Shown here piece after piece: positions 1-11,836 of a stretch of DNA of 64,000 nucleotides (within the stretch, counting starts at the first letter, position 1; each line of letters begins with the position of its first letter). This stretch comes from Histomonas meleagridis 2922-C6/04-290x (taxonomy: Eukaryota > Protista > Parabasalia): contig JAANOX010000238.1 in NCBI GenBank assembly GCA_020184695.1, positions 372,001 to 436,000 on the forward strand. The letters run 5' to 3'. The position numbers were made by a program, and so were the translations under genes. The notes beneath the pieces were generated by a model. It ran no database searches and was not told the origin of the DNA. It saw only the letters and a program-made list of their open reading frames with translations.

Positions 1-852
1 ATTAATGAACAAGGTGAAAAAGACATTAATACTAAAATAACTAATATAGACATCTTTGCTGGTAATACAAGTGTTTCTTCTTCTACATCTGAAATTTATA
101 GTGTTGATTTGATTAGGATAATGTCAACACTTGAAATCACGATTGAACTTAATGATTACCAATCAGATTGTAAATTTTTTATCAGTGGTCTGAGACACAA
201 AGGAACATTTAATATTTACACATGTAATATCACTGTCGATGAAAATGAAAATACTAATTATCAATATGATTTTACAAATGCATTCTATTCTAATAATACA
301 TCAAGTCAAAGGGTATATACATTACATGTTATCCCACAAAAAGCTAGCAATATGGAGGTTACAGCATTGATAAACGGAATCACTTTCATCTCAAAGCTTA
401 GCAACGCCGAGCTTGAACCTGCTTGGACTTATAGTTATACCATTAATTTGACGAAACCAACAAATACATTCACTAAATCAAATGAATTTACCAATTTTAA
501 TTCAATTACAAGTATGTTATCGAATGGATTAACATATTCTTTAACATTAATATATTCTTATTCTGTTTCTCATTCTTTAACTATTTCATTATATATGATA
601 AATACTTATAAATTAACTATAATTGATTCCGTTTTAACATATATTACTACAAAATTTATAACTTATAATTACATTTTTGCACAGTATCCCTCTGAATATA
701 GTTATTACACATATTTAAATTTCTATAATCAAAATAATAACAACAATGGCATATCATCAAAACTATTAATAGGAATAATATGCGCATCAGCTGTAGTGAT
801 TTTGTTGATAGTCGGAATTATCATTTATGTGTTTCGAAACGGCAAAACATAA
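1..852 (+). CDS. C-terminal part of a single-pass surface protein (FTxSN stalk, S/T/Y-rich linker, TM helix); 5'-partial
   Basis: Frame is open from base 1. Contains TFTKSNEFTN stalk and TM segment GIICASAVVILLIVGIIIYVF. After TAA 850-852 the same frame continues to 972 with a family-type tail ending ETDKWV*. Confidence 0.7.
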   Translation: MNEQGEKDINTKITNIDIFAGNTSVSSSTSEIYSVDLIRIMSTLEITIELNDYQSDCKFFISGLRHKGTFNIYTCNITVDENENTNYQYDFTNAFYSNNTSSQRVYTLHVIPQKASNMEVTALINGITFISKLSNAELEPAWTYSYTINLTKPTNTFTKSNEFTNFNSITSMLSNGLTYSLTLIYSYSVSHSLTISLYMINTYKLTIIDSVLTYITTKFITYNYIFAQYPSEYSYYTYLNFYNQNNNNNGISSKLLIGIICASAVVILLIVGIIIYVFRNGKT

Positions 853-1048
853 ACTTCACAACAACCACAAAATTCATATAAAGAAAACTCTTTTTCTGAT
901 GAAGAAAATGTTGTTAATGTCGAAAAAGAATTTTATAATCTAGCCCAAAAAGAAACAGATAAATGGGTATAATACAATATATGTTATTTGTATATGCAAG
1001 TACACATCATGTTATACATTGATTTCTTCATCATATATTACAGGTGGT

Positions 1049-1581
1049 ATGTTCCTATTTATCGTTCAAACTACGTCTGAAACATACACAAAATACTGAA
1101 CAGGAAGTGTAACATCATCTCAATCAATTACAATCTCTGTAACAAATACATTTTCTTTCACACTCAGTCATTCTTCTTCTACAACTCGCGTCACTTCAAA
1201 CACGTTGTCTCCATCTCAGATGCAAACACTGTCAAACGCCAACACACTTTCCAGGACATCAACATGTCACAATCGGTATTTCCTACTTTATCTCGATCTC
1301 TTACATATAAAAACTCATTAACTCGATCACAAACACTGAAACCCATAACAACATTATCACAAACAAATTCTCGATCATTGTTGCCAACACTAATTCAATT
1401 GTATTCACCCACTGTTTCATTTATACTCACCATTTCAACTACTCACACATTGTCACTTACTAAAGTAAAATCAATTACATGGATTCCAGATCCAACAAAC
1501 ACTTTTACGAACTCTAATACATTCACTAAATCAAATACATTTACCAATTCATTTCAATTTGATGTAACAATTGTAAAATGA
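1049..1581 (+). pseudogene. Relic of an S/T-rich stalk region of a surface protein
   Basis: Frame-broken S/T-rich text; ORF 1264-1581 ends in PTNTFTNSNTFTKSNTFTNS, the same stalk motif as the upstream gene; no TM. Confidence 0.35.
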
Positions 1582-2069
1582 TAATATGAATCAATGTCTT
1601 AAACACCAAATCAATAAATTCTTAAGTAAGTAGGTAAAATCAATTTTTTTTTTCTTTTAAATCAGATATTATCCTTTTGAGTTACATATTAAAATTCCTT
1701 GTCTTAATCAATTTTTGAATATTCAAAGATGAAGAAAAAATTTCCTTGTTTAAAGAAAAAATGCCCAATTGCTTGTGTTGAAAATCAGTTTGACAATAGG
1801 GCGCCCCAAATGGTTACAAAAAACAATAAAACAATGAAACCATCCAACATAGCTAAGAATCATTCTTAACAAGAATCGCTGAAGTACAATAGTACCAGCA
1901 GTTGTTTGTAAAAATTTTTAAGTTTGTAGTGATGTTTTTTACAATGTCAGTAAAGTGAATTTTATAATTTTTAGTTATATATAAATATATTACACAAATA
2001 AACAAATCATTTTAATATTTAAAAAGAATTTATATGTATGAATAAATAGTTTACAAAAAAGTGTTTCCA

Positions 2070-2678
2070 TCAGCAACAAGAACTATTTCCTGAATGCTCT
2101 GTTTGTGTGATTAATGGTTTTTCAAAGTTTTTTGGGAAAGAAATTTCGCCAGATTTAATTTTGTGAACAATTTCTGTTCCAAGTCGAACAAATGTTTCTC
2201 GTATGTTTTTACCATTTTTGGCAGATGTTTCAATGTAACTTAAATTATATCTTTCTGCATATGAACTTGCTTCTTTTTCGCTTATAACTCTATCATCTTC
2301 AAGATCTGCTTTATTTCCTATTAAAATTATAGAGGCATTTGGTGTGCACAGCTGTCGCATATCATTCAGCCAGTTTATCAAATCATCAAAACTATCTCTA
2401 TCAGTAATATCAAAAACTAATAATCCACCAAATGCATTTCGAAAGTATGCTTTTGAAACAGAACGAAAACGCTCTTGTCCAGCGGTGTCCCAAATTTGCA
2501 GTCTAACATTTTCGTTTTCGACTTGAATCATAAATGGTCTGAATTCTACGCCAATTGTTGGCTGTTCTTCCTCACGGAAACTACCAGTAATCAAATTCTG
2601 CACCATGGCAGATTTACCAACTCCAGAACTACCAACTACAACAACTTTATATCCATTTGACGATTCTTCTGATTGCAT
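2070..2678 (-). CDS. Rab-family small GTPase
   Basis: GSSGVGKS P-loop, IGVEF effector loop, WDTAGQERF, NKAD, ETSAK, C-terminal CC prenylation motif. Confidence 0.97.
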   Translation of the reverse strand: MQSEESSNGYKVVVVGSSGVGKSAMVQNLITGSFREEEQPTIGVEFRPFMIQVENENVRLQIWDTAGQERFRSVSKAYFRNAFGGLLVFDITDRDSFDDLINWLNDMRQLCTPNASIILIGNKADLEDDRVISEKEASSYAERYNLSYIETSAKNGKNIRETFVRLGTEIVHKIKSGEISFPKNFEKPLITQTEHSGNSSCC

Positions 2679-3032
2679 TTTTTCTGATTGAATACTTTAC
2701 TTTGTACAAAAATGTATTCAAAATTTTATCGTCACAAAAAATGCCCGTTTATTTTTTCCTTGGGGAAAAAATGACTTCAAAGTCATTACAATAAGTTACT
2801 TTCAAGTTAGACTTCATGCTTCATCATGCTCACCGTATTTTTTAAGTAAAATTTGGATTACAAATGAATAAACTTTCAATTGATTAAATATAATTTTCTT
2901 CCAGGAAGTTATTAAAGATATAAGTTATAAAATTATTTCAATGATTTTTGTGACAAGTGTACAAATGGTATAAATAGGTCATAAATGAAGTTTTTTTAGG
3001 AGAAACACGAAAACAAAAAATAACGTACTTAG

Positions 3033-6000
3033 ATGAAATCTTATAAACTTGAAGTTTTTCCAAACCCTATTATTTTTAACAACTTAAATGTAGGGGAAAG
3101 GAAATCAATTCAAGTTTCAGTAAGAAATATTAGCAAAAAAAGTTTATCTCTAAGATTTTCAGTTCCGCAAAATTCTTTATTTACAGTACAAACAAATAAT
3201 AAATCTAACAGAATACCATCAGGACTTACTACTCAAGTAATAGTTTCTTTTAACTGTGGAAAAATCAAACAAATTGAAGATTTTTTGATAATCAAAAGCG
3301 AAGAATCAATTGAAAAAATACCTATTATAGTCACATTTCCTACACCCCAATTAGCATTATCAACAAATATTATAAATTTAGGAGCAATAACAATTAACCA
3401 ACAAACATCTTCTTCATTTGAAATAATCAATAATGGTACAATTCCACTAAACTTCAAAGTTGAATGCAATAATCCATATGTTGTTTTAAAGTGTACTTCA
3501 GGGCAAGTTTTACCTGATCATGATTGCGAAATTGGTTTTATTTTCCAACCAACAAAACCAGAAAAAAAACATTCTTTTTTTATTAATGTTTTTGATGAAA
3601 ACAAAAACAAACAACAAGTTAACGTTATTTCCAATATATACAATCATTCATTAAGTGTTCTAATGAATGATAAAAATATTGAAGAATTAGATTTCGGACA
3701 TATTTATTTTGGTCAAAAGAGAATAATACAAATTACACTTTTAAACAGATCACCCTTAAAGAGGACATTTATCATCCGAAAATTTATTGATCCAAATTCA
3801 TCTCAACAAAAATACAATTTTTCTGATTTTTTATTTTATTCAGTTCCGAACGAAGGAATTATACCACCAAACAAAGAAATGTCGATTTCATTTGTTTTTT
3901 GCCCACCTAAACAACAACAAAATATACAAATTCAGGATGATGAAAACGCCGAAATTTTATTTAATCAAGTTTCGATAATTGAAGTAATCGAAACGAAAGA
4001 AACAATTGACTTAGAATTAAATGGAATTGGAGTCTTTCCCAAGTGTAAATTATCATCAGCTGATTTTACTTTTGGGTATCAAAAAGTGAACACAAAATCC
4101 ACTAAAACATTAACAATATATAATAAATCGATTTATTTGCCATTAACGTTTAAAATCTCTAAAACTTTAATGTTTAAATTTAATCCATCACATGGGATAA
4201 TTCCTATAAATGGAGAGAAAACAATAACAATAACATTTTTGCCAGAGAATTCTGGTGATTTTGAGTCAAATATTTATATTTCATTTTCGGATGTTATTGT
4301 AAAAAAGTATATAAATGTATCCGGAATTGGAATCTTTAATAATGATTCACCGAAGAAATTTATACGTGAAAACATATGGGAAATAGATTCATCTGCTAAA
4401 TATAGTGCGGAACATCCTTATGATAATAGATATGGACTTTCTATCAATGAGTTACAACATAAATCAAAATTAAGGAAAATGTTTGATCAATATATTACAG
4501 ATTCTGCAGAAAATCGAAAAGAAATTTTAACGAAAAAAGAAATCAAAACAAATGTAATCAAAACAATTAAATTGAAATCACAAGAAAATGGAATTCATTT
4601 CGATAAAGATGATATTAAACAAATGATTAATCAAGAAATGAAAGAAAAATTAAATCCCGAATATAATGAAATATCACAAAACGAAACATTAATTCCATCA
4701 GATCCGAAAATACCGAATTTTAATAATAGTTTGTTCATACAAAATCCTCAAAAACTTGGATTAATTACATTAAAAAATAATAAAACTCAAAATATAAAAA
4801 TATTTAATGAACCATTAAAACTTAAAAATAAACCAACAACTTTACCTGAAATTAATGATTGCGTAAAACAATTAACGCCTGTTCAATTACTTCAAATAAT
4901 TACTTCATGTCAAACATTAAATTTTGGTTTAGTTTCAGTTCTTTCTAAAGAAACAAAAGAATTCGTAATACAAAATAAACTTAATCAATATGTATTTGTT
5001 GAATTTGATTTTGACGAATTCCTTGAAATTAAAAATAGTTATCCAAAATCACAAGTAATACCACCAATGCAAGTCGCAATTTTTAATATCATTTTTTCTA
5101 CGGAAAATCCGAAAAATTTTAATGAAAAAATTAAATATAAAATTAATAAAACAATTCAATACTTAAATATATCTGTGAAAGTTATTCCAATTGAGATAAA
5201 TATATCGAAAACTTTAATCGAATTTAAGTTTAATGATGAAAGCTTCCAATCGTATATACAAGAGCCAATAGTTATACAAAATAAATCAAATTCTATTGCG
5301 TATTTTAATTGGGAAAAGTTCGATTTAAATGAATTTAAAATCGATTGTTCAAATGGTTTTGTTTCACCACAAAGTTCGAAAACATTTATTATAACTTATT
5401 CACCATTAAACTTAACACATTCGGAAGAAACTGTTACATTAAATATAAAAGGAGGATCAAAGTATAATATTAAGTTAATTGGTAATATTGATAAACCTTT
5501 AATAAAGTTAAACAAGAAAACATTAAATTTCGGATTGTTTTCAATTGGCATTAATAAGTCAATGAAAATTATAATGAAAAATAAAGGTAAAAGTTTTGGA
5601 TTTTTTAATATAATAAATTATACACAATTAAAAAATGAAAATATTTTAATAACACCAATTAACGGTCGAATTAATTCTGGCGATTCTAGGAATTTAATTA
5701 TTACTGTTCTACGTAATAAACCAGGAAAATTCAATAAAACAATTCAAATAAATTTATCTGGAACGAATCCAATTGAATTTAATATATTTGGCGAAACAGA
5801 AATAATTTCTAATGAAAATGAAAATATTAATAAAAATATAATTAACGATAATAAAACAAATGAAATAAAATCAAAACAAATAATACATTCGCCATTAAAA
5901 TTATCTACAAATTCAATATATTTTGGTACTACTCCAATTTTTAAGGATTCAAATCCTTATGTTCGACCTATTATTAAAGAGTTAATCTTAACAAATGAAT

Positions 6001-9000
6001 CAACAAATGATATTGAGTTTAAGTTTGAGTTAAATTCGTCGGATTTTTCGATAGATAAAACTGAGGGTATTATTAAGTATGGAATGGAATTAAAGAATTT
6101 CATATTATTTAAACCAAGAAATGTGCAAACTTATAAATGTAATTTAATTCTTCATATTAAAACATATGATAAAAAAGAAATAAAAAATGAAATTCAATTA
6201 TGCGGCGTTGGAACATCGAAACTATTTAAAACTTCAGTTGATTATTTGTTTTTCCCTATAATGCCATTAGGTGTAACATTATCTAAAACGATTTATATAT
6301 TTAATACTTCATTTTCTAATACAAAAATTTATGCGCAAATTCCTGTATTAGAAAATGTTTTTCCTATTAAAGTATTATTCCCTAATGGCCAAGAAATGAA
6401 AAACATCGAAAAATTACCAATTACAATTACATTTCAATCGAATAAACCAATTTCTTTTTCAACAGTTATAGCGATTTTAGATGATTTTGGGAATTCATAT
6501 AAATTTATTGTATCAATAACTACTGATAATTCCATATTTACACTTTATCCATTTATTTCATTAAATAAATATTCGATTCATAATACAAATAATTCAATTA
6601 TCGCAAAATTTGATCATCAAAATTTCGATAATTTAGAATTTCTTGCCAAATTTATATCTGAAAATGATTTATTAGAAATTCAAGACTTAAAAGGTCAAAC
6701 ATCTAAAGAAACTGCTGATTTCTTAAAGCGATTTTTAAATAATCAAGTTTTATCATATCCAATTGAATCATTTCCTGAAGATATAGTAAATTCTAATGGA
6801 AAAATTCTTATTGATATGATTAATAACTTAACAATCGAACAACAAAAAATACAAAAATCAGAAGATCCATTTATATTACATTTAAATATATTACATACAT
6901 TAACTGAATTAGGTTTAAAAGTGGCTGAAATTAGACCCGAATTTTTACTTGACAAAATACAATTTATGAAATATCATGAACAAAAAATTATATCGAAAAT
7001 GTTAGGAATCGAATTTAATTATCCAAATATTGAAGAAATTGATGATGTAAATGATATTAAATCTTCATATTGTTTTAAGACAGTATTATATCAACAACTT
7101 GAAATTGTTGAACAATTATATGAAATTGTAAGTTTAGAATCTTATACATTTTTAATGTTACAATTATTTAAAGTTTTCTTTTTACCAAAAGTTTTAACTA
7201 ATAAAATGAATTCGTTACCAGGAATTCAAAATGCATTAAAAACTATAAAAGAAAATGTGAATGATCAAATTTATAATAATATAATTAAAAATTATACATC
7301 GAATATTTATAACTCATCAGAATTAACATTATTAAAATGGATTAATATACATTATAATCATATTAATTATGAAAACCCAAAAATTTTTATGGATTTTAAA
7401 GAATTAAATTCATTAGAAATTATAAAATCGATTGTCCAAAGTCATATTCCTAATAAAGAAATTAAAGATATAATTTCTACAATTAATGAAATTGATTTAC
7501 ATATACCAATAAATGAAAATGATATAATAAATGGAAATCAAATAATTTTAATTATAATATATTTCCAATTATATCAAGTTTTACCTCAATTAATACCTTC
7601 GATGATAATTAATTTCGATTCTTTTTTAAATGAAAAAACAACTCAATCATTACAAATCGCAAATCCTTCAAAAAAAGAAATAATTTATCATGCAAATATT
7701 ATCGGATCAAATAATTTTAAATATATAAACGAATATATTAAACTTGAGCCAAATCAAAAATTGGAATTTCAAATCGAATATAAACCAAATTTTTTAATAT
7801 CCGAAAAAGCAATTTTAATATTAAAACCTGAAAAGCCTAAAAATGTTAACTCGCAACAATCTAAAAGACCAATTTTCGCATCGATAATTGTCGTCAAATT
7901 AATTTCAAATGTTTCTGTTAAATCTTCTTCGAAAACATTTGAAATTCAAACATTTCTTTATGAACCTATAAAAACGACTTTAAACATTGATAACATATTT
8001 AATATAAATGATAAATTTGAAATATTTTCAAATGCAATAAAAATTAATGATATAAATGGTAAAAAAGTTTTACCAATTTTAACTATAAATGATCAAATTA
8101 ATGAAATATTAAATGATCAAAATGAAATAAAAAATGAATTTATAACTTTTGATGATTATATTAAAAATCATCAAACATTTATAATACGATCTAAAGAAAT
8201 TGAAATTCCTATAAAATCATCAATCGACATTGAGTTTAATCCAATTTCAGTTGGAACATTTCGTTGTGTTATATTATTTCGATCCGAAAACAATGAATTT
8301 ATATATGAAATAATTGGAAAATCGAATTTACCGAAACCAATAACAATTAAAACTTCAATAAAAGTTGAAGCTCAACAAAGATTAAATGTTAATATACCAA
8401 TTGATATAATTAATCAGAAATTAATTCATTCACTTTCTTATTCATATCAAAAGTCGAAAAACATAACATTTTTCATTAGTGATCGAAAATTAAATAATTT
8501 AATTAATTTAACTGAACAAGATCTTAAAAGTATTTATTTAAAGTCATTTAACTCATTAAAATTTAATAGTGAAATTTCATCGCAACATTTTATATTCCCA
8601 AAAGAAATCGAAATATTTAAAAATAAAGAAAATTCTTTTTTGTTAACTTTTAAGCCATTAAAACCTGGCGAATATCCAATAAAAATCATTTTGACTTCTG
8701 AGTTTGATATAAGAATTTATTCATTAATCGGAATAGCGATTCCAATTACTAAAAAATTTGATATTTTATTCGAAACAATTTCCGGAAAAACTGTTGAACA
8801 AAAAATTCCAATAAAAAACCCTTCGAATAATATTTGGCGTTATAAAACTAACATTAATGGAGATCATGAATTTTATGTACCACAAACATTTGTAATTGAA
8901 CCATTAAATGAATATAATTTAATATTACGTTTCAAAACTTATAAAATCGGTAAACATGAAGCTGATTTAATCATTACAAACACAACAAAAGAAGCGACAA

Positions 9001-10145
9001 TTAAATATCATCTTTTAGCTAATGTTTCTGAGCCAGAAGCTATAGATAAAATTGTTATACATTGTAAAGCTCATGAGAAATATATACATAAAATTAATGT
9101 TCCTTCTTTTGTATATAATAAAACTGTTGATGTTAAATCAACAATTCCAATTATCGAATGTTCGAAAACTTTAACATTTGATAATAACAAGTATAAACAA
9201 TTTCCTTTTGTTATATTTTCTTTAAGAAGTGGGATATCTATAGGAACTTTAACATTTATTGATCCAGAAACTAAAATTTATTGTTGGTATATTATCGAAT
9301 GTTATATTGAAGAACCGACTGCACAAGAAACTATTGAAATAAATGCAATTGCAAGGAAAACGATCACAATTCAAATACCATTGAAAAACACATCGTCAAA
9401 GAACGTTAACTTCGGTGTCACTTTTTCTGATGATGATTTATTTGGTGAAAAGAAAATTTTAATTCCAGCAAATTCATCATTCGTATATAATTTAATATTT
9501 TCACCTTTAATTGAACAAAGAAATCGAATTTCTACGATATCATTTTATAATGATATTATTGGAGAATATATTTATAATTTAAATATAAATGTTAATAAAT
9601 CTGAACCTGAAATTCTAAATAAAATTTCATGTCCAATTGGAAAAATCACAAGTATTTTTATTACGTTAGAAAACATATTCACTAAAACAATAAAATTTAT
9701 TGTTGAAAATGATAACTCAATAAATTTCCAAGTTATAATAAGTCAAACATTTGAATTAAAAGAAAACGAAATTAAACAAATCGAAATTCGTTATAACCCA
9801 ACAACTATAGGTAAAAACGAAATCGCAAATATTAAATTTAAATCAGACGAACTTGGCGAATATCTTTATAAAGTTATTGGCATAGGTAAACCACCGCCAA
9901 TACAATTGCCATTAACAATCGAAACAAATATAAATAAAACTTCAATTGGTATAATCGAATTTATAAATCCGTTTTATTTTCCCGATCAAAAAGGATTTGA
10001 ATTTGTTTCGAAATATTTAAACATATTTCCGATTAATATAATAAAAAATGAAAATAATAACAAATATATAAATCTTCAAATTAAATATTATCCAAAACGT
10101 CCAATGAATACATTCTTAATTATAATCATTAAAAAAACCCTTTAG
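3033..10145 (+). CDS. CFAP47: CFAP47-like flagellar protein, main part (multiple ASH/MSP Ig-like domains plus CH-like domain)
   Basis: 2370-aa ORF of repeated PxxGxIxP / FxP beta-sandwich modules and a CH-like LLKWINIHY segment; the next ORF carries the CFAP47-type C-terminus. Confidence 0.75.
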   Translation: MKSYKLEVFPNPIIFNNLNVGERKSIQVSVRNISKKSLSLRFSVPQNSLFTVQTNNKSNRIPSGLTTQVIVSFNCGKIKQIEDFLIIKSEESIEKIPIIVTFPTPQLALSTNIINLGAITINQQTSSSFEIINNGTIPLNFKVECNNPYVVLKCTSGQVLPDHDCEIGFIFQPTKPEKKHSFFINVFDENKNKQQVNVISNIYNHSLSVLMNDKNIEELDFGHIYFGQKRIIQITLLNRSPLKRTFIIRKFIDPNSSQQKYNFSDFLFYSVPNEGIIPPNKEMSISFVFCPPKQQQNIQIQDDENAEILFNQVSIIEVIETKETIDLELNGIGVFPKCKLSSADFTFGYQKVNTKSTKTLTIYNKSIYLPLTFKISKTLMFKFNPSHGIIPINGEKTITITFLPENSGDFESNIYISFSDVIVKKYINVSGIGIFNNDSPKKFIRENIWEIDSSAKYSAEHPYDNRYGLSINELQHKSKLRKMFDQYITDSAENRKEILTKKEIKTNVIKTIKLKSQENGIHFDKDDIKQMINQEMKEKLNPEYNEISQNETLIPSDPKIPNFNNSLFIQNPQKLGLITLKNNKTQNIKIFNEPLKLKNKPTTLPEINDCVKQLTPVQLLQIITSCQTLNFGLVSVLSKETKEFVIQNKLNQYVFVEFDFDEFLEIKNSYPKSQVIPPMQVAIFNIIFSTENPKNFNEKIKYKINKTIQYLNISVKVIPIEINISKTLIEFKFNDESFQSYIQEPIVIQNKSNSIAYFNWEKFDLNEFKIDCSNGFVSPQSSKTFIITYSPLNLTHSEETVTLNIKGGSKYNIKLIGNIDKPLIKLNKKTLNFGLFSIGINKSMKIIMKNKGKSFGFFNIINYTQLKNENILITPINGRINSGDSRNLIITVLRNKPGKFNKTIQINLSGTNPIEFNIFGETEIISNENENINKNIINDNKTNEIKSKQIIHSPLKLSTNSIYFGTTPIFKDSNPYVRPIIKELILTNESTNDIEFKFELNSSDFSIDKTEGIIKYGMELKNFILFKPRNVQTYKCNLILHIKTYDKKEIKNEIQLCGVGTSKLFKTSVDYLFFPIMPLGVTLSKTIYIFNTSFSNTKIYAQIPVLENVFPIKVLFPNGQEMKNIEKLPITITFQSNKPISFSTVIAILDDFGNSYKFIVSITTDNSIFTLYPFISLNKYSIHNTNNSIIAKFDHQNFDNLEFLAKFISENDLLEIQDLKGQTSKETADFLKRFLNNQVLSYPIESFPEDIVNSNGKILIDMINNLTIEQQKIQKSEDPFILHLNILHTLTELGLKVAEIRPEFLLDKIQFMKYHEQKIISKMLGIEFNYPNIEEIDDVNDIKSSYCFKTVLYQQLEIVEQLYEIVSLESYTFLMLQLFKVFFLPKVLTNKMNSLPGIQNALKTIKENVNDQIYNNIIKNYTSNIYNSSELTLLKWINIHYNHINYENPKIFMDFKELNSLEIIKSIVQSHIPNKEIKDIISTINEIDLHIPINENDIINGNQIILIIIYFQLYQVLPQLIPSMIINFDSFLNEKTTQSLQIANPSKKEIIYHANIIGSNNFKYINEYIKLEPNQKLEFQIEYKPNFLISEKAILILKPEKPKNVNSQQSKRPIFASIIVVKLISNVSVKSSSKTFEIQTFLYEPIKTTLNIDNIFNINDKFEIFSNAIKINDINGKKVLPILTINDQINEILNDQNEIKNEFITFDDYIKNHQTFIIRSKEIEIPIKSSIDIEFNPISVGTFRCVILFRSENNEFIYEIIGKSNLPKPITIKTSIKVEAQQRLNVNIPIDIINQKLIHSLSYSYQKSKNITFFISDRKLNNLINLTEQDLKSIYLKSFNSLKFNSEISSQHFIFPKEIEIFKNKENSFLLTFKPLKPGEYPIKIILTSEFDIRIYSLIGIAIPITKKFDILFETISGKTVEQKIPIKNPSNNIWRYKTNINGDHEFYVPQTFVIEPLNEYNLILRFKTYKIGKHEADLIITNTTKEATIKYHLLANVSEPEAIDKIVIHCKAHEKYIHKINVPSFVYNKTVDVKSTIPIIECSKTLTFDNNKYKQFPFVIFSLRSGISIGTLTFIDPETKIYCWYIIECYIEEPTAQETIEINAIARKTITIQIPLKNTSSKNVNFGVTFSDDDLFGEKKILIPANSSFVYNLIFSPLIEQRNRISTISFYNDIIGEYIYNLNINVNKSEPEILNKISCPIGKITSIFITLENIFTKTIKFIVENDNSINFQVIISQTFELKENEIKQIEIRYNPTTIGKNEIANIKFKSDELGEYLYKVIGIGKPPPIQLPLTIETNINKTSIGIIEFINPFYFPDQKGFEFVSKYLNIFPINIIKNENNNKYINLQIKYYPKRPMNTFLIIIIKKTL

Positions 10146-10651
10146 AACAAAGTTGGAAATTTAATGTGAAACTTCAAATAGAAAGTTCTGAGCCATTACA
10201 AAATATAATTTTGGAATGTTCGCTCGATAAAATAATAAAATATAAACCTAAAATCGTTGATGAGTTCGATGAGAAAACTCCTTTTCATGCTTATCTAGTA
10301 AATGGTTCTTCATCTGAGTTCTCTATTTCGAGTTCGAAAGGTTTTATTGAGCCTTTTGTTGATGAAATGCCTTTTGATGTTTTGTTTAGTCCGAAAATTT
10401 ATGGTAAAGTAATGAAGGCACAATTAATTATCGATACTTTAGAAGTTCAATTTAAATATGACTTAATTGGGAGAATTCCTAAATATATGCCGCCAAAGGT
10501 TTGCGGTGGAAGAATTGATTTGTCTACGCCGGAATCTCTGAAAAGAAATAATGCGGTGAAAAGAAATATCGTTAAGGAAAATATAGAAAATGCAAAGATT
10601 TCAATACCAAAAACTGCTAGATCACCAAGAAAAAAATATTTTTATGCATAA
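10133..10651 (+). CDS. CFAP47: CFAP47-like C-terminal segment (frameshifted continuation)
   Basis: Frame opens at 10133, overlapping the upstream ORF end at an A7 run. PFHAYL...EFSI...GFIEP...FSPKIYGK...LIIDT...FKYDLIG..P resembles the CFAP47 C-terminal domain. Confidence 0.7.
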   Translation, partial: KNPLEQSWKFNVKLQIESSEPLQNIILECSLDKIIKYKPKIVDEFDEKTPFHAYLVNGSSSEFSISSSKGFIEPFVDEMPFDVLFSPKIYGKVMKAQLIIDTLEVQFKYDLIGRIPKYMPPKVCGGRIDLSTPESLKRNNAVKRNIVKENIENAKISIPKTARSPRKKYFYA

Positions 10652-10699
10652 ATATTTGTTTTTATTATAAATTTGAATGTTTGTTTTCAGTACTTAGAT

Positions 10700-11150
10700 A
10701 GAAGCCTTGATTTAATACAAAATGACATTAAAACAAATTTAGCATTTGTAAAAGTTGAAAATGATTTGACACATGGATGAATTACTCATCAGAAATGTGG
10801 TATACAATGATTTAGGAGTAAATTATGTGATATTAATTAATATCACAACGAATTGTAATATTGGTAATTAAGAAATGGACAAGAATTAATATAATGAACA
10901 TTTTCATCAATAAAAATTGTTTCGAAATCATTACAATAAGCAAAAGTATTATTCATAATAGAAATTCAATTAGGAATTGTAAATGTTTTACTTTTCTCAT
11001 TCAGATAACTAATGATTCGTGTAATTTCTTTAGCATATAAAATGCCATCATTTTCATAATTTGAATATTCAAATTTTTTTCTAAAGTTCTTGTTTCAAGT
11101 ACTGTACATTTGTAAAATGCATTATCACCAATGCCATTAAAACTGTGAGT
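10700..11150 (-). pseudogene. Degenerate BspA-like (TpLRR) fragment
   Basis: Minus strand reads GIGDNAFYKC, NDGILYAKEITRIISY and TFTIPN*ISIMNNNTFAYC, with stops and frameshifts. Confidence 0.6.
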
Positions 11151-11836
11151 GTTTTTGTCTCTGCTTCATATGATTGCTTTGTGTTAACAAAAAATATAAT
11201 CATCAATATCAAAAATATTTTGAAATTTTGTTTATTTTTATCATAAATTAAATAACTTTTATAAAAATATTTAATAAAAAGAAAATAAGGTGAAGCATAC
11301 TTGAATCCCCAAAAATTACATTATCATAACAAAAATTCCAGGGTTTTGTTTACTGAGTTTTGCTAATAAAAACTTTTTGTATACATATTTGGTCAATTTA
11401 CAAAAACATCCACACTAACGCAATATGATAAATATTTTTAATTTTTTTCAACATTATAATGATTACCATACTTTGTGTTTTTTATTTTCTATATCATAGC
11501 TTATATTTTCAAACAAGACAAATGTTATAGTAAATGAATTGCATATATCAATTTTATTTTTCTACTCCGCGTCTCTAGTTAATAAAAAATGATTCTTGTG
11601 GGTTATATGTATATGGTTATTTTTAAAAAATCTTAAAGAATAAATTTTGTTATTCCTTTTTTATCAAATGATTTGTCACTTTTTGTCAAATTCATGAAAA
11701 ACAAGGAAAAAAAAACAAATACAAAAATTGAAGACGAGTTAAAAAAGCTTTCATTTATTAGCAAAAAATTATTGATTTAAAGAAAGAAAATTTTACCAAA
11801 TCATTAAATTCATTAATCAACAATTTTAACAAAAAC

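Noticed and set aside
10130-10145. Programmed -1 frameshift in CFAP47
   Set aside because: No in-frame X XXY YYZ heptamer or obvious stimulator; homopolymer error is simpler.
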